Sequence record: KY555144.1
Strand: one strand, 5' to 3'
Length of the DNA: 64,000 bases
Both the position numbers and the translations under genes were made by a program. Positions 1 through 10,142 of this stretch are shown here, one piece after another. The first letter of the stretch is position 1; every line of letters begins with the position of its first letter. The notes under the pieces were generated by a model that did no database searches, was not told the origin of the DNA, and saw nothing but the letters and a program-made list of their open reading frames with translations.

Positions 1-2970
1 GACCTGAAGGACGCCACGGCGAACTTCAAGAAGGACCTGGAGCCGCTCAACTTCAACGACCTCTTCAAGCGCGCCTCGGCCCTGGCTGATGGCAGCTTCG
101 CACGCACCGCCGCCGCGTCCAAGCCGGGCGGCGTGATGGCGCCGCCGGCCGTGGCGACCCAACAGACCGCCGCCACCATCAAGACCGTCATGGCCTCGAT
201 GGGCGATCGCGTGTACGCGACGGCTGGTCAGCACCTCGGACAGACCGAGGCCAAGGATGCGGCGTCGCTGCAAGCCTACTTCAAGGCCAACGGCGTCACC
301 ATCGACCCCAAGAAGCTCTCCTGGTGCGCGGCCTTCGTCAACGCGGTCCTGGCCCAGAACGGGCTCTCGGGCTCGGGCTCGCTGGCGGCTTCGTCCTTCA
401 AGGACTATGGCGACGAGGTCTCGCGCACTGACGCCCGCAAGGGTGACATCGTCGTCCTCAAGCCCCAGGCGGCGGGCGCCACCGGTCACGTCGGCTTCCT
501 CGACGGCTTCGACCGTCAAGGCAACGTGCGGGTGCTGGGCGGCAACCAAGGCGCGGCCGGTGGTGGCGGCGTCAACGTCTCGACCTTCGCCTCCAATCAG
601 GTCGTCTCCTTCCGCCGCACGGGCAGCGGCGGGGCCTCCAACTTCCTGGGCGGCGGCATCACCGAGGCCCAGGGCGAAGAAGGCGGCTCGCGCTACGAGC
701 GCCGGATGAACGCCTTCAAGGCGCTCGGGACGATCACCGGCCAAGCCTCGCCGGCCGCCGACGCCCTGGCCGACTACCAAGGCAACCTCGAAAAGCTGCG
801 CGACATCATCGTCTCGGAAGAGAAGCTGATGAAGGACGTCGGAGGCGACGGCCAGTCGTTCTTCAACAAGACGAACCTGGAAGCCCTGGTCGCCGCCCAG
901 AAGAAGTGGAACCGCTCGATCGTCGAGGCGCTCAACCCGATCGCCAAGGAAGCCCGGAGCCTCTCCGAGGCCAACGACGTCCTGCAACTGCGCGCCAAGG
1001 GCCTGTCGCAGGAAGCCGACTGGCAAGAGCGCCTGACCGAACTGCGCAACTCCGGCATCAATGTCGACCTGATGCAGGACGAGGCCAAGTGGACCCAGTA
1101 CCTGAACGAGTTGAAGAAGCAGGGCCTGGAGATCGACGTCAAGGCCCTGCAACTGAAGCCGGACGAACTGCGCTACCAGCAAGGCCGCGCCGAGGCGCTC
1201 CAGGCTGAACTCGACCTGACCAAGGCGCTGAATGACGCCAAGCTGGCGGGCATCGCCCGCACCGGCTCCAGCTACGACCGCACTCTGTCGGGCCTCGTCG
1301 CCGGCAAGGGCCGCGACGGCGAGACGCTCGATCAGACCCGCCAGCGTCTGGCGGGGTCGGTCGGCAGCGACGGCCGCAACGCGCTGGAGGCCCTGCAAGA
1401 GCAGGCCGGCGTGATGGAAGGCTCGCGCATGGCCGACGTCAAGGCCAGCATGCAGTCGCAGCTTGAGATCATGCGCGAGAGCGCGCGCCTCAACAACACC
1501 CAGCGCGGCATCTACGACGACTACCGCAACATCCTGGGCGAACTGCTGAACAAGCAGGGCGCCTCGCTGAAGGAACTGCTGGACTCGGCCGACGAGGAGA
1601 CCAAACGTCTCGCCCAGTCGTTCGTCCGCGCCAAGGCGGACTTTGAAAACCCGCCCGGCTTCCAGAAGTGGGCCGACTCCCTGGAACCGCTGGACAAGCG
1701 CCTCCAGGACATCAAGGCCAACTTCCTCGACAACTTCTCCGGCGGCATCACCGATGCGCTGCTGGGTGAGAAGGTCGACTGGAAGGCGATGCTGCACGAC
1801 ACCTTCAAGCAGATGCTGCGCGCCCAGGTCGATGAGGGTCTGAAGAGCCTCACCTACAAGCTGCTCGGCCAGGGTGGCGACCAGGGCGCGGCCCAAACCC
1901 CCGAAGCCCAGGCGCTGGTCTCGGCGGCCGATGTCCAATTGCAGGCCGGCAACAGCCTGCAACAAGCCGCCGCGAGCCTGATGCAGGCGGCTCAGACCAC
2001 CGCGACCGCCGGCGCGGGCGGCGGCCTGGGCGTGATGACGGGCGGACCCGCGATGGGCGGCCTCGGCAGTCTCCTGGGCGGGGGCGGCGCCATGGGTGGT
2101 GGCGGCGGCCTCGGCGCGCTGGCCGGCGTCCTGGGCGGCGGCGACGGCACGGCGACCAACCCGTTCTCGATCGCCGACTCCATTCTCAAGCCCCTGGTCG
2201 TCGACCAGACCGGCGGACCGGGCTTCCAGGCGGCGGGCGCGGCGCTCCAGGGCCTGAACATCACCCCGCCGGGCGGCGGCGGTTTCCTGTCGGGCCTGGG
2301 CTCGATGTTCCAAGGCGGCCTGGGCTCGATGCTGCAAGGCGCCCTGAGCTTCGCCGGTCCGCTGCTGGGCGGCCTGCTGACGGGCGGCAAGAAGAGCCCC
2401 AAGACGCCGGCGAGCTACCGCATGCCGGGCGGCGTCATCGGGCAGGCGAGCACCAACAGCGTCTCGGGCCGCGTGGTTGGCCCCAAGCAAAACCTGATCG
2501 GCTCTCTGGCGAACCTGGGCTTCCAGTTGTTCGCGGGCGGCATGGGCGGCGGCGGCGGCCTGATGAGCATGTTCGGCATGGGCGGCGCTGGCGGCGCGGG
2601 AAGCTTCATTGGCTTCAAGGAAGGCGGCCTGACGGGCGCGCCGGTCAACCGTTATACCGTCTCCTCGCTGGGCTCGATGTTCGCCAACGCTCCGCACTAT
2701 GCCGAGGGCACCAGCAACACCAAGCTGGCCAACGGCGGCATGCCGGCGATCGTCCACCCGGACGAGGCGGTGATCCCGCTGTCGCGTGGCCGCAACGTCC
2801 CGGTGGAACTGAAGGGCGCCGGCGGCGGAAGCTCGACCACCGTGGTCTCGCCGATCACCGTCTACGCCAACGACGTCGATAGCTTCCGTCCGGCCCAGGC
2901 GCAGATCGCCCGCAAGCAGAACCGCACCCTGCGCCGCGCGGCCTTGCGCAACGCCTCGATGGTCAACTAG
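1..2970 (+). CDS. Tail tape measure protein, C-terminal part (5' end outside window), with TIGR02594-type peptidoglycan hydrolase domain
   Basis: Frame is open from base 1. WCAAFVN...KGDIVV...GHVGF...VLGGNQ motif near the start, long helical region, Gly-rich C-terminus; lies directly upstream of the DUF2460 gene. Confidence 0.85.
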   Translation, partial: DLKDATANFKKDLEPLNFNDLFKRASALADGSFARTAAASKPGGVMAPPAVATQQTAATIKTVMASMGDRVYATAGQHLGQTEAKDAASLQAYFKANGVTIDPKKLSWCAAFVNAVLAQNGLSGSGSLAASSFKDYGDEVSRTDARKGDIVVLKPQAAGATGHVGFLDGFDRQGNVRVLGGNQGAAGGGGVNVSTFASNQVVSFRRTGSGGASNFLGGGITEAQGEEGGSRYERRMNAFKALGTITGQASPAADALADYQGNLEKLRDIIVSEEKLMKDVGGDGQSFFNKTNLEALVAAQKKWNRSIVEALNPIAKEARSLSEANDVLQLRAKGLSQEADWQERLTELRNSGINVDLMQDEAKWTQYLNELKKQGLEIDVKALQLKPDELRYQQGRAEALQAELDLTKALNDAKLAGIARTGSSYDRTLSGLVAGKGRDGETLDQTRQRLAGSVGSDGRNALEALQEQAGVMEGSRMADVKASMQSQLEIMRESARLNNTQRGIYDDYRNILGELLNKQGASLKELLDSADEETKRLAQSFVRAKADFENPPGFQKWADSLEPLDKRLQDIKANFLDNFSGGITDALLGEKVDWKAMLHDTFKQMLRAQVDEGLKSLTYKLLGQGGDQGAAQTPEAQALVSAADVQLQAGNSLQQAAASLMQAAQTTATAGAGGGLGVMTGGPAMGGLGSLLGGGGAMGGGGGLGALAGVLGGGDGTATNPFSIADSILKPLVVDQTGGPGFQAAGAALQGLNITPPGGGGFLSGLGSMFQGGLGSMLQGALSFAGPLLGGLLTGGKKSPKTPASYRMPGGVIGQASTNSVSGRVVGPKQNLIGSLANLGFQLFAGGMGGGGGLMSMFGMGGAGGAGSFIGFKEGGLTGAPVNRYTVSSLGSMFANAPHYAEGTSNTKLANGGMPAIVHPDEAVIPLSRGRNVPVELKGAGGGSSTTVVSPITVYANDVDSFRPAQAQIARKQNRTLRRAALRNASMVN

Positions 2971-2985
2971 CTGTCACCCACGACA

Positions 2986-3000
2986 GTCGTGAATCTTGAC
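2986..3000 (+). promoter_or_regulatory. Recurring promoter motif GTCGTGAATCTTGAC (GANTC abutting a TTGAC -35 box)
   Basis: Exact motif 54 bp before the 3054 start; ATGGTTAA (reverse of TTAACCAT) at 3040-3047. Confidence 0.7.
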
Positions 3001-3053
3001 GTTCCTGGATGATCGTGGCATCCAGGGACACCTCCTTTCATGGTTAATGCCCG

Positions 3054-3704
3054 ATGCCGAGCTTCCACGACGTCCTGTTCCCCGAGACCATCAGCTACGG
3101 CTCGTCCGGTGGTCCGAAGTTCAAGACCACGATCTTCCAGGCCGACAGCGGCTTTGAGCAGCGCAACAAGGACTGGAGCGACATCCGCTGCGAGTACGAT
3201 GTCGCCCAGTCGATCCGCTCGACCGAGGACATGGACGAGCTTCGCGCCTTCTTCATGGCCCGCAACGGCCGCGCCCACGGTTTCCGCTACAAGGACTGGG
3301 GCGACTTCCGCCTCAAGAACCAGTTGATCGGCGTCGGCGACGGCCTCACCAAGGTCTTCCAGATCGTCAAGACCTATACCAGTGTCGCCCACGACGGCAC
3401 CGAGTACACCTACACCCGCACGATCCGCAAGCCCAAGTGGGACTCGATCGCCGGCGTCAAGGTCGGCGCCGTGGTCCAGGTCGCCCCGACCAACTACGAG
3501 GTCGACTATTCGACCGGCCTGATGACCTTCGTCACCGCGCCGCCGGCCGACGCCCCGGTCACCATTGGCCTGGGCGAGTTCCACGTCCCCGTCCGCTTCG
3601 ACACCGACTTCATGGACGTCACCCAGGAGTTCTGGATGCGCGAGACGTGGCCCAACATCCCGATCGTCGAAATCCGTGACTGGCAAGAGGCCCTGACGCC
3701 GTGA
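3054..3704 (+). CDS. DUF2460/TIGR02217 distal tail protein (GTA-like)
   Basis: FHDVLFP...YGSSGGPKFKT...SGFEQRN...FFMARNGRAHGFRYKDW...FHVPVRFDTD signature. Confidence 0.9.
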   Translation: MPSFHDVLFPETISYGSSGGPKFKTTIFQADSGFEQRNKDWSDIRCEYDVAQSIRSTEDMDELRAFFMARNGRAHGFRYKDWGDFRLKNQLIGVGDGLTKVFQIVKTYTSVAHDGTEYTYTRTIRKPKWDSIAGVKVGAVVQVAPTNYEVDYSTGLMTFVTAPPADAPVTIGLGEFHVPVRFDTDFMDVTQEFWMRETWPNIPIVEIRDWQEALTP

Positions 3705-5326
3705 AATCCGTCCCCGAAGACCTGATGGCGCACCTCCAGGAGGAGGTGACCACGCTGGCGACGTGCATCACGATCGTGCGCCAGGACGGCAAGGCGTTCT
3801 TCATGACCGACCACGACCGGCCGATCAAGTTCGAGAACCAGACCTACGTCCCCTACGACTCCTACCAGCGCACGTCGATCCTGATGTCGTCGGAACTGGA
3901 AGTCGACACCGCCGACATCACCGCCTTCCTGACCTCGAACGGGGTGACGCGCGACGACGTGGCCTCGGGCCTGTTCGACTACGCCGCGATCAAGGTCCAA
4001 TTGCTGAACTACGAGCGGCCCGAGGACGGGGCGACCCTGCTCCGCAAAGGCACGTTCGGCGAAGTGACCATGAACCAGGACGAGACCTTCTCGGCCGAAA
4101 TCCGGGGCATGACCCAGGTCCTGACCTACCGGGTCGGGGAGACCTACGCGCCCGAGTGCCGGGCCGACCTCGGCGACCGCCGCTGCAAGATCGGTCTGAT
4201 GCCTGAGGAGTGGCAGGCCAACAAATACTACGGCCTCGACGCCTGCGTGCTGGGCGAACTTGTGGCCCCGACGTCGTTCGTCAATCCCGTGGTCGTCAAC
4301 GGCAACTTCGAGGACGGCGCGCTCAACGCCGTCGTCACCGCGCCGACGGGCTGGGTGGCCTATGGCGATCCGACCAGCCGCTGGGTCTACAAGCACGACT
4401 GGTACAATCTGTCGCGCCCACAGGTCGGCAACCAGTTCATCGCCGCCACCCGCACCTCGATCTCCGACAAGCAGGAAGTCGCGGGCATCTACCAGGACAT
4501 CAACCTCGTCTCCGCCGGCGTGCCCGCCGCCGCGATCGACGGCGGCCTCTGCCGCGTGCGCTACAAGTCCTTCGCCGCCTGCCTCAACAACCGCGCCCAG
4601 TCGCGTGAGCGCCTGACCTGCATCAAGGCCGACGGCTCGGTGGAGACGATCTGGGACACCGGCGAGATCAAGTACCCCGAGGACCGCTGGATCGCGGTCA
4701 ACGCCGACGACATCCTGATCCCGGCGGGCACGCGCGTCCTGCGCATCGACCTGTGGTCCAAGAAGCGCAGCGTCCACGAGGAGGGCGCGGCCTATGACGG
4801 GATCAGCCTGTCGATCAACCTGCCGGCGGGCACGGCCGGCAACGCCCATGTCTATGGCGGGGTGATGTTCAAGTGCATCCAGGCGGGGATCAGCGGCGGC
4901 ACCCAGCCGGCCTGGACCAACGAACTGGGCGCCACCTATACCGACGGCACGGTCATCTGGCAGTGCGTGACCAACTACAAGAAGGTGGGCACGGTCGCCA
5001 CGGTCGCCTCCAACAAGTCGTTCACCTCGACCGACATCACCGAGCCGGCCGGTCACTATGACGGCGGCGTGCTCTACTGGGAGACCGGCCGCAACGCCGG
5101 ACGCGCCCAGGAGATCAAGACCTGGGCCGCCAACCTCTTCACGCTTTTCCAGCGCACCTACTATCCAATCACGGCGGGCGACCGCTTCGTGGTCTATCCC
5201 GGCTGCGACAAGCGCCGCGCTACCTGCGCCGACAAGTTCCACAATATCCACAATTTCCGCGCCGAGCCCGACGTGCCCGGTCAGGACATCTACTACCGCA
5301 CGCCCAACGCTCCGGAGCAGGAATGA
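3701..5326 (+). CDS. Baseplate hub protein (DUF2163/BR0599 family) with an internal insertion
   Basis: N-terminal TTLATC...FTDHDRP-like segment, CRADLGD.RC, C-terminal PGCDKRRATCADKFHNIHNFRAEPDVPG. Confidence 0.85.
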   Translation: MKSVPEDLMAHLQEEVTTLATCITIVRQDGKAFFMTDHDRPIKFENQTYVPYDSYQRTSILMSSELEVDTADITAFLTSNGVTRDDVASGLFDYAAIKVQLLNYERPEDGATLLRKGTFGEVTMNQDETFSAEIRGMTQVLTYRVGETYAPECRADLGDRRCKIGLMPEEWQANKYYGLDACVLGELVAPTSFVNPVVVNGNFEDGALNAVVTAPTGWVAYGDPTSRWVYKHDWYNLSRPQVGNQFIAATRTSISDKQEVAGIYQDINLVSAGVPAAAIDGGLCRVRYKSFAACLNNRAQSRERLTCIKADGSVETIWDTGEIKYPEDRWIAVNADDILIPAGTRVLRIDLWSKKRSVHEEGAAYDGISLSINLPAGTAGNAHVYGGVMFKCIQAGISGGTQPAWTNELGATYTDGTVIWQCVTNYKKVGTVATVASNKSFTSTDITEPAGHYDGGVLYWETGRNAGRAQEIKTWAANLFTLFQRTYYPITAGDRFVVYPGCDKRRATCADKFHNIHNFRAEPDVPGQDIYYRTPNAPEQE

Positions 5327-5748
5327 CCCGCGACGACATCGTGACCGAAGCGCGCCGCTATGTCGCGCTCCAAACCCCCTGGCGCCATCGAGGCCGCACC
5401 GAACGCGGCCTCGACTGCATCGGGCTGGCCGTCATGATCTTCGAAAAGTTCAACCTGGAGTATATGGACCAGGACGGCTACGCGCGCACGCCCGACGGCG
5501 AGAAGTTCGTCGATGTGATCCGCCAGCACATGACCCTGGCCGATCCGACGGCGCTCAAGCCGGGCATGCTGCTGTTGTTCAACGACGATGCCCGGCCCTG
5601 CCATGTCGGCATCCTGGCGCGCCAGCACGGACGCCTGACCCTGATCCACGCGACCGCCGACAAGAAGCGGACGGTCGAGGAAGTCTATGACCGCCGCTAT
5701 GCCGCCCGGTTCCGCATGGCCTTCGATTTCCCCGGCGTTGAGGACTAA
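5323..5748 (+). CDS. NlpC/P60 cell-wall peptidase (tail-associated)
   Basis: TPWRHRGR...GLDCIGL...HVGI...LIHA catalytic Cys/His pattern; GTA-like position. Confidence 0.9.
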   Translation: MTRDDIVTEARRYVALQTPWRHRGRTERGLDCIGLAVMIFEKFNLEYMDQDGYARTPDGEKFVDVIRQHMTLADPTALKPGMLLLFNDDARPCHVGILARQHGRLTLIHATADKKRTVEEVYDRRYAARFRMAFDFPGVED

Positions 5749-5750
5749 TC

Positions 5751-8700
5751 ATGGCCGCCGCCATTGCCCTTCCGATCGTCTCCGCCATTGTCAGCACGGC
5801 GATCAGCTACGCCTTCCCGAGCGACGGCCCGCGCCTGCGCGACACCAAGGTCTCGGCCTCGACTTACGGCAATGTGATCCCGGAAATCTACGGGACCGCC
5901 CGCGTCGGCGGCAACATGATCTGGTCCAAGCCGTTCACCGAGAAGAAGAAGAAGAAGCGGGCCGGCAAGGGCGGCTCCTACTACAATGAGTACACCTACT
6001 ACTGCGACTTCGCCATGGCGTTCTGCCGGGGTCCGGTCAAGGAAGTGCGCCGCATCTGGGCCGACGGCAAGGTGATCTACGACACCACCGGCGGCTCGGA
6101 GGTGATCGACAACAACAAGTACCGCTTCCGCTTCTATTCCGGCGACGAGGCGCAGCTTCCCGACAGCCTCATCGTCGAGGACAAGGGCGCCGACTACGCC
6201 CCCGCCTACCGGGGTCTCTGCTATGTCGTGTTCGACGACTTCGCCCTGGCCGATTTCGGCAACCGCATCCCGCAGATCATGGCCGAAGTCTATGCTGGAG
6301 ACGAAGGCGGCGCGGCGATCACCGACATCGTCCCGCTGCCCAGTTCTCCGGTCACCGGCGGCTCCTACCAGCTTGGCCAGATGATGATCGACGCCGACCG
6401 GGGCTACTTCTACCTCGTCGATCCGGTGTCCAACCCGGCGGGCACCGTCCTGCGCCGCTTCCTGCTGGCGAACGGCAAGGAAGACCGTCGCGAGATCGTC
6501 TCGATCCCGCAGGCCCAGTTCCCGCCCTCGCCCTATGACAGCCCCGATCTGACCTCGGTCCGGGCCGTCACTTCCAAGGGCGAGCTTCTCTGCGTCTTCG
6601 GTGGCATCAACAACTACATGCGGATCGAGAAACTCGATCCCTATTCCTGGCAGTCGCTGGGGACGATCGGCCGCAGTTATCCGTTCGCGGGCACGCCCGA
6701 GAACAGCCTGGAGCACTCCAACACCAACTTCGAGATTTCGCGGGACGAGAAAGGGAATTATCTCTGCCTGACGCTGGGGGTGTTTGGCGAGTACAACATC
6801 TTCGACCCGAGCGATATGTCGTTCAAGGCCAAGGGCGCCATGGCGGGCTGGAACGGACCAGCGACGCCGATGTACATCTGCGCCCGTCAGGGCGGCCCGG
6901 CGACCAGCCGCCGGTTCTACCACGTCACCTATGCCGGCGGGGCGTCCTTGCAGGTGTGCAGCCTGGGCGAGGTGCTCTACAACCATCCGGTGGAGTTCCC
7001 CGGCAATTCGCAGACCGCCACGGCTTGGGCCTTCTGGGACGAAGGCGATCCGGGCGTGGTCTTCTTCTATTCCGACGGCCCCAATCGCTACATCGCCAAG
7101 TGGTCGGAATCCACCGGCGTGCTCGCCTGGAAGACTCAGCTTCGCAACTCCGATCCGTTCTGCGGCTACGGGGTCTATGGCCTGCGGGCGCGGATCAAGG
7201 ACAACGAGTTCCACTGGGTCTACAACAAGCACCTGTTCTCGATCAACACCGCCACGGGCCAGTGGATCGACCGGACGTTCGACCAGGACTTCTACAAGAG
7301 CGACAACGACAAAACCGCCGAACAGGTCAACGACGGCGACAAGGGCCTGCTGCTGCCCCGCGACATCTCCGAGGACTATGTCATCTACGATCCGCGCCGC
7401 AACATCGTGATTTGCGTCGGACAGATTCAGGGCCAAAACGGCATCGTCCACGTCGGAGGCTACACGGGGGGCAAGACCTCGGTGGGGGCCATTGTCGAGC
7501 GTCTTCTGGTCTCGACGGGGCAGATGACCTCGAACGACTACGACCTGACGCCGCTCTACGACATCCCGGTCTACGGGTACGGCTACGCCTCCTCGACCGA
7601 CATCAAGTCGATCATCGCCGAACTGCGCAACCTCTTCATGTTCGACCTCGTCGAAAGCGACGGTCGACTGGTCGCGCGCGTGCGCGGCGATCAGGACCCT
7701 GACGCCGAGGTGCCCTGGAAGCTCCTGGGCTCCCAGAGCGGCCCGACCCCGGACAAGGCCGACTACTGGAAAGAGACCCGGATGTCGGAGTCCGACCTCC
7801 CGGCCTCGATCGATCTGACCTATTCGAACATCGATGACGACTACAATCCGTCAACGGCCAAGTCCAAGCGGATCGCCTCGCCGGTGGCGACCATGCTGTC
7901 GCGTCAACAGGTCAAGGCCGAGTGCAACCTCGTCATGGACGCGACCGAGGCCAAGAACCGCGTCAACATCATGCTCTACACCCAGTGGGAGGAGCGCACG
8001 CAGCACCAGACGGCCCTTCCCTGGCTCTACGCCAATCTCGACGCCTCGGACCTGATCTCGGTGACCATGGAGGACGGCCGCAACTATTTCGAGCGGATCG
8101 GTTCGATCGAGTTCGGCGCCGACTTCTCCTCGCGCCTGGAAACCTATGGCACCGACAGCGGTGCCTACCTTTCGGACAAGACCGGCGACGGCGGCGGCGC
8201 TGGCCGTCCGACCGTCGTGCCGGCCCCCAAGCCGGTGGTGGGCTTCATCCTCAACACCCCACTGCTGCGCGACACCCACGACAGCGGCGGCAACTTCTCC
8301 AACTGGTATAGCGCCATCGGCGCGGGCGCGCCGGGCGTGTTCCTCGGCGGCACGATGTTCAAGTCCGCCAACGCGCAGGACTATGTCGACCTCTACCAGG
8401 AGCCGGAGAGCGCCGAGTGGGGCACGGTGATGGGGGTTGTGCCCTCCCCCTCGCACGGCTGGTTCGCGCTCGACTGGGAGACGCGCATCACCATCACGCC
8501 AGCGGTGGACTTCTTCGAACTGGAGTCGATCACCGACGACGAGCTTTGGGAAGGGCTCAATCTCGTGGTGATCGGCGACGAGGTCCTCCAGTTCCGCGAC
8601 GCGGTCCAGAACGCCGACGGCACCTGGACGATCTGGAACCTGCTGCGCGGCCGGCGCGGGACGCAGTATGCCTGCGACAATCACAAGGCCGGCGAGCGGT

Positions 8701-9227
8701 TCGTGTTCCTCGACGAGCGCTCGATCGAGTTCCAGGCCGAGAACCTCGACACCTCGGGCCAGAACCGCTGGTATAAGGCCGTCGGCTCGGGCATGTCGCT
8801 GTTCGAGACCGATCCGATCCAGATCAACTACCAGCCCCGCGACCTCATGCCCTACCGCCCGGCCGACATCCGTCGGGCGGTCGCGGGCGGAGACGTCACC
8901 GTGACCTGGAAGCGCCGCACGCGCTTCACGGCCACGCTGAAGGACGGCACCGGCGTGGTCAGCCTCAACGAAGGCGCCGAAGCTTACGAGGCCTATGTGC
9001 TCGCCGCACCGTACTCGGGCGACCTGTCGCGTCAAGACGCGCCGACCGCCTACCGTCGCAAATACACCCTGACGAGCCCAAGCTTCACCTACACGGCGGC
9101 CGAGCAGACGGCTGATGGATTTGACGTGAATCTTGACACTCTGCACGTGGTGATCTATCAGTTGAGTTCGGTTGTTGGTCGGGGTTTCCCCGGCGCGCGC
9201 TCGATTGAGTCCTGGCAGGACTTCTAA
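5751..9227 (+). CDS. Large tail tip/host-specificity protein (GTA megatron/Phage-tail_3-like)
   Basis: YGNVIPEIYGTARVGGNMIW, PAYRGLCYVVF, NRIPQI, LLRGRRGT motifs; follows the NlpC/P60 gene. Confidence 0.85.
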   Translation: MAAAIALPIVSAIVSTAISYAFPSDGPRLRDTKVSASTYGNVIPEIYGTARVGGNMIWSKPFTEKKKKKRAGKGGSYYNEYTYYCDFAMAFCRGPVKEVRRIWADGKVIYDTTGGSEVIDNNKYRFRFYSGDEAQLPDSLIVEDKGADYAPAYRGLCYVVFDDFALADFGNRIPQIMAEVYAGDEGGAAITDIVPLPSSPVTGGSYQLGQMMIDADRGYFYLVDPVSNPAGTVLRRFLLANGKEDRREIVSIPQAQFPPSPYDSPDLTSVRAVTSKGELLCVFGGINNYMRIEKLDPYSWQSLGTIGRSYPFAGTPENSLEHSNTNFEISRDEKGNYLCLTLGVFGEYNIFDPSDMSFKAKGAMAGWNGPATPMYICARQGGPATSRRFYHVTYAGGASLQVCSLGEVLYNHPVEFPGNSQTATAWAFWDEGDPGVVFFYSDGPNRYIAKWSESTGVLAWKTQLRNSDPFCGYGVYGLRARIKDNEFHWVYNKHLFSINTATGQWIDRTFDQDFYKSDNDKTAEQVNDGDKGLLLPRDISEDYVIYDPRRNIVICVGQIQGQNGIVHVGGYTGGKTSVGAIVERLLVSTGQMTSNDYDLTPLYDIPVYGYGYASSTDIKSIIAELRNLFMFDLVESDGRLVARVRGDQDPDAEVPWKLLGSQSGPTPDKADYWKETRMSESDLPASIDLTYSNIDDDYNPSTAKSKRIASPVATMLSRQQVKAECNLVMDATEAKNRVNIMLYTQWEERTQHQTALPWLYANLDASDLISVTMEDGRNYFERIGSIEFGADFSSRLETYGTDSGAYLSDKTGDGGGAGRPTVVPAPKPVVGFILNTPLLRDTHDSGGNFSNWYSAIGAGAPGVFLGGTMFKSANAQDYVDLYQEPESAEWGTVMGVVPSPSHGWFALDWETRITITPAVDFFELESITDDELWEGLNLVVIGDEVLQFRDAVQNADGTWTIWNLLRGRRGTQYACDNHKAGERFVFLDERSIEFQAENLDTSGQNRWYKAVGSGMSLFETDPIQINYQPRDLMPYRPADIRRAVAGGDVTVTWKRRTRFTATLKDGTGVVSLNEGAEAYEAYVLAAPYSGDLSRQDAPTAYRRKYTLTSPSFTYTAAEQTADGFDVNLDTLHVVIYQLSSVVGRGFPGARSIESWQDF
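9123..9137 (+). promoter_or_regulatory. Recurring promoter motif GACGTGAATCTTGAC inside the 3' end of the tail-tip gene
   Basis: TTGACA-N17-TATCAG, upstream of the fibre gene at 9300. Confidence 0.55.
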
Positions 9228-9247
9228 GCCCCCTTTCCACAATCCCG

Positions 9248-9273
9248 CGATCCCGGCCTGGGCGCCGGGATCG
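9248..9273 (+). terminator. GC-rich hairpin (10-bp stem) between tail tip and fibre genes, no U-tract
   Basis: CGATCCCGGC / GCCGGGATCG. Confidence 0.4.
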
Positions 9274-9299
9274 TCCCTTGTCATAAAAGTCGTGGAACG

Positions 9300-10142
9300 A
9301 TGAGCAATACGCCGATCCTGAGCATCCCCCAGGTTGCCCCCAACCAGAACCAAAAAGAAGACACCATCAACACGGGTCTGGCGATCCTGGAGGCGGCCCA
9401 GAACGACGACATCCAGCTTACGGTGTCGTCGGGCACCTACAATATCACCACCGTTCAGTTCACCCGCGCCTTCCTGCACCGCTATGCGGGTCACACCAAC
9501 GCCACGGTCGTGGCCGTCGTCCCCAACACCCCGCGCTGGTTCGCCGTCTCCAATGAAGGCGGCTTCGCGATGGGCCTGAAGGTCTTCGGGCAAACCCCGG
9601 TGACGACGATCCAGCCGGGCAAGATCGTCCTCTTCCAGTCCGACGGGACCACGCTACGGGCGATCTCCGAGGGCGTCAGCCGCATCTTCGACCTCTCCGA
9701 CGTCGACGGCTCCGACACGCCGTCCGACGGACAGGTCCTGGTCTGGAGCACCACGACCAGCCGGTTCGAGCCGGCCGATCTGCCGGCCGACGTCGACTTC
9801 TGGACGACGGGGGTGACCCCCAACGACGGCGTCGTGCTGCGCAAGCTGTTCCTGCGTCCGGTGCGCTTCCTGGCCAATTTCCTGGGCTCGGTCGCCAAGG
9901 CGGGCGTCGCGGCGACCGCCAGCACCGTCTTCACGGTCAAGAAGACCACCGGCGTCACCACCACCACGGTCGGGACCATCACCTTCACGGGCTCCTCGGC
10001 CGCCTTCTCGACGGACCAAGGCAGCGGCGCGGTCACCGTCAATTTCGGGGCCGGCGACGTCATGACCATCACCGGACCGGCCTCGGCCGACGCCACCCTC
10101 GCTGACATCGTCGCTTCCCTCAAGGGCGTCATCCTGCAATGA
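9300..10142 (+). CDS. Short tail fibre-like protein (DUF2793-like N-terminus)
   Basis: TPILSIPQVAPNQNQKEDTIN N-terminus and DATLADI C-terminus, both shared with the next gene. Confidence 0.7.
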   Translation: MSNTPILSIPQVAPNQNQKEDTINTGLAILEAAQNDDIQLTVSSGTYNITTVQFTRAFLHRYAGHTNATVVAVVPNTPRWFAVSNEGGFAMGLKVFGQTPVTTIQPGKIVLFQSDGTTLRAISEGVSRIFDLSDVDGSDTPSDGQVLVWSTTTSRFEPADLPADVDFWTTGVTPNDGVVLRKLFLRPVRFLANFLGSVAKAGVAATASTVFTVKKTTGVTTTTVGTITFTGSSAAFSTDQGSGAVTVNFGAGDVMTITGPASADATLADIVASLKGVILQ

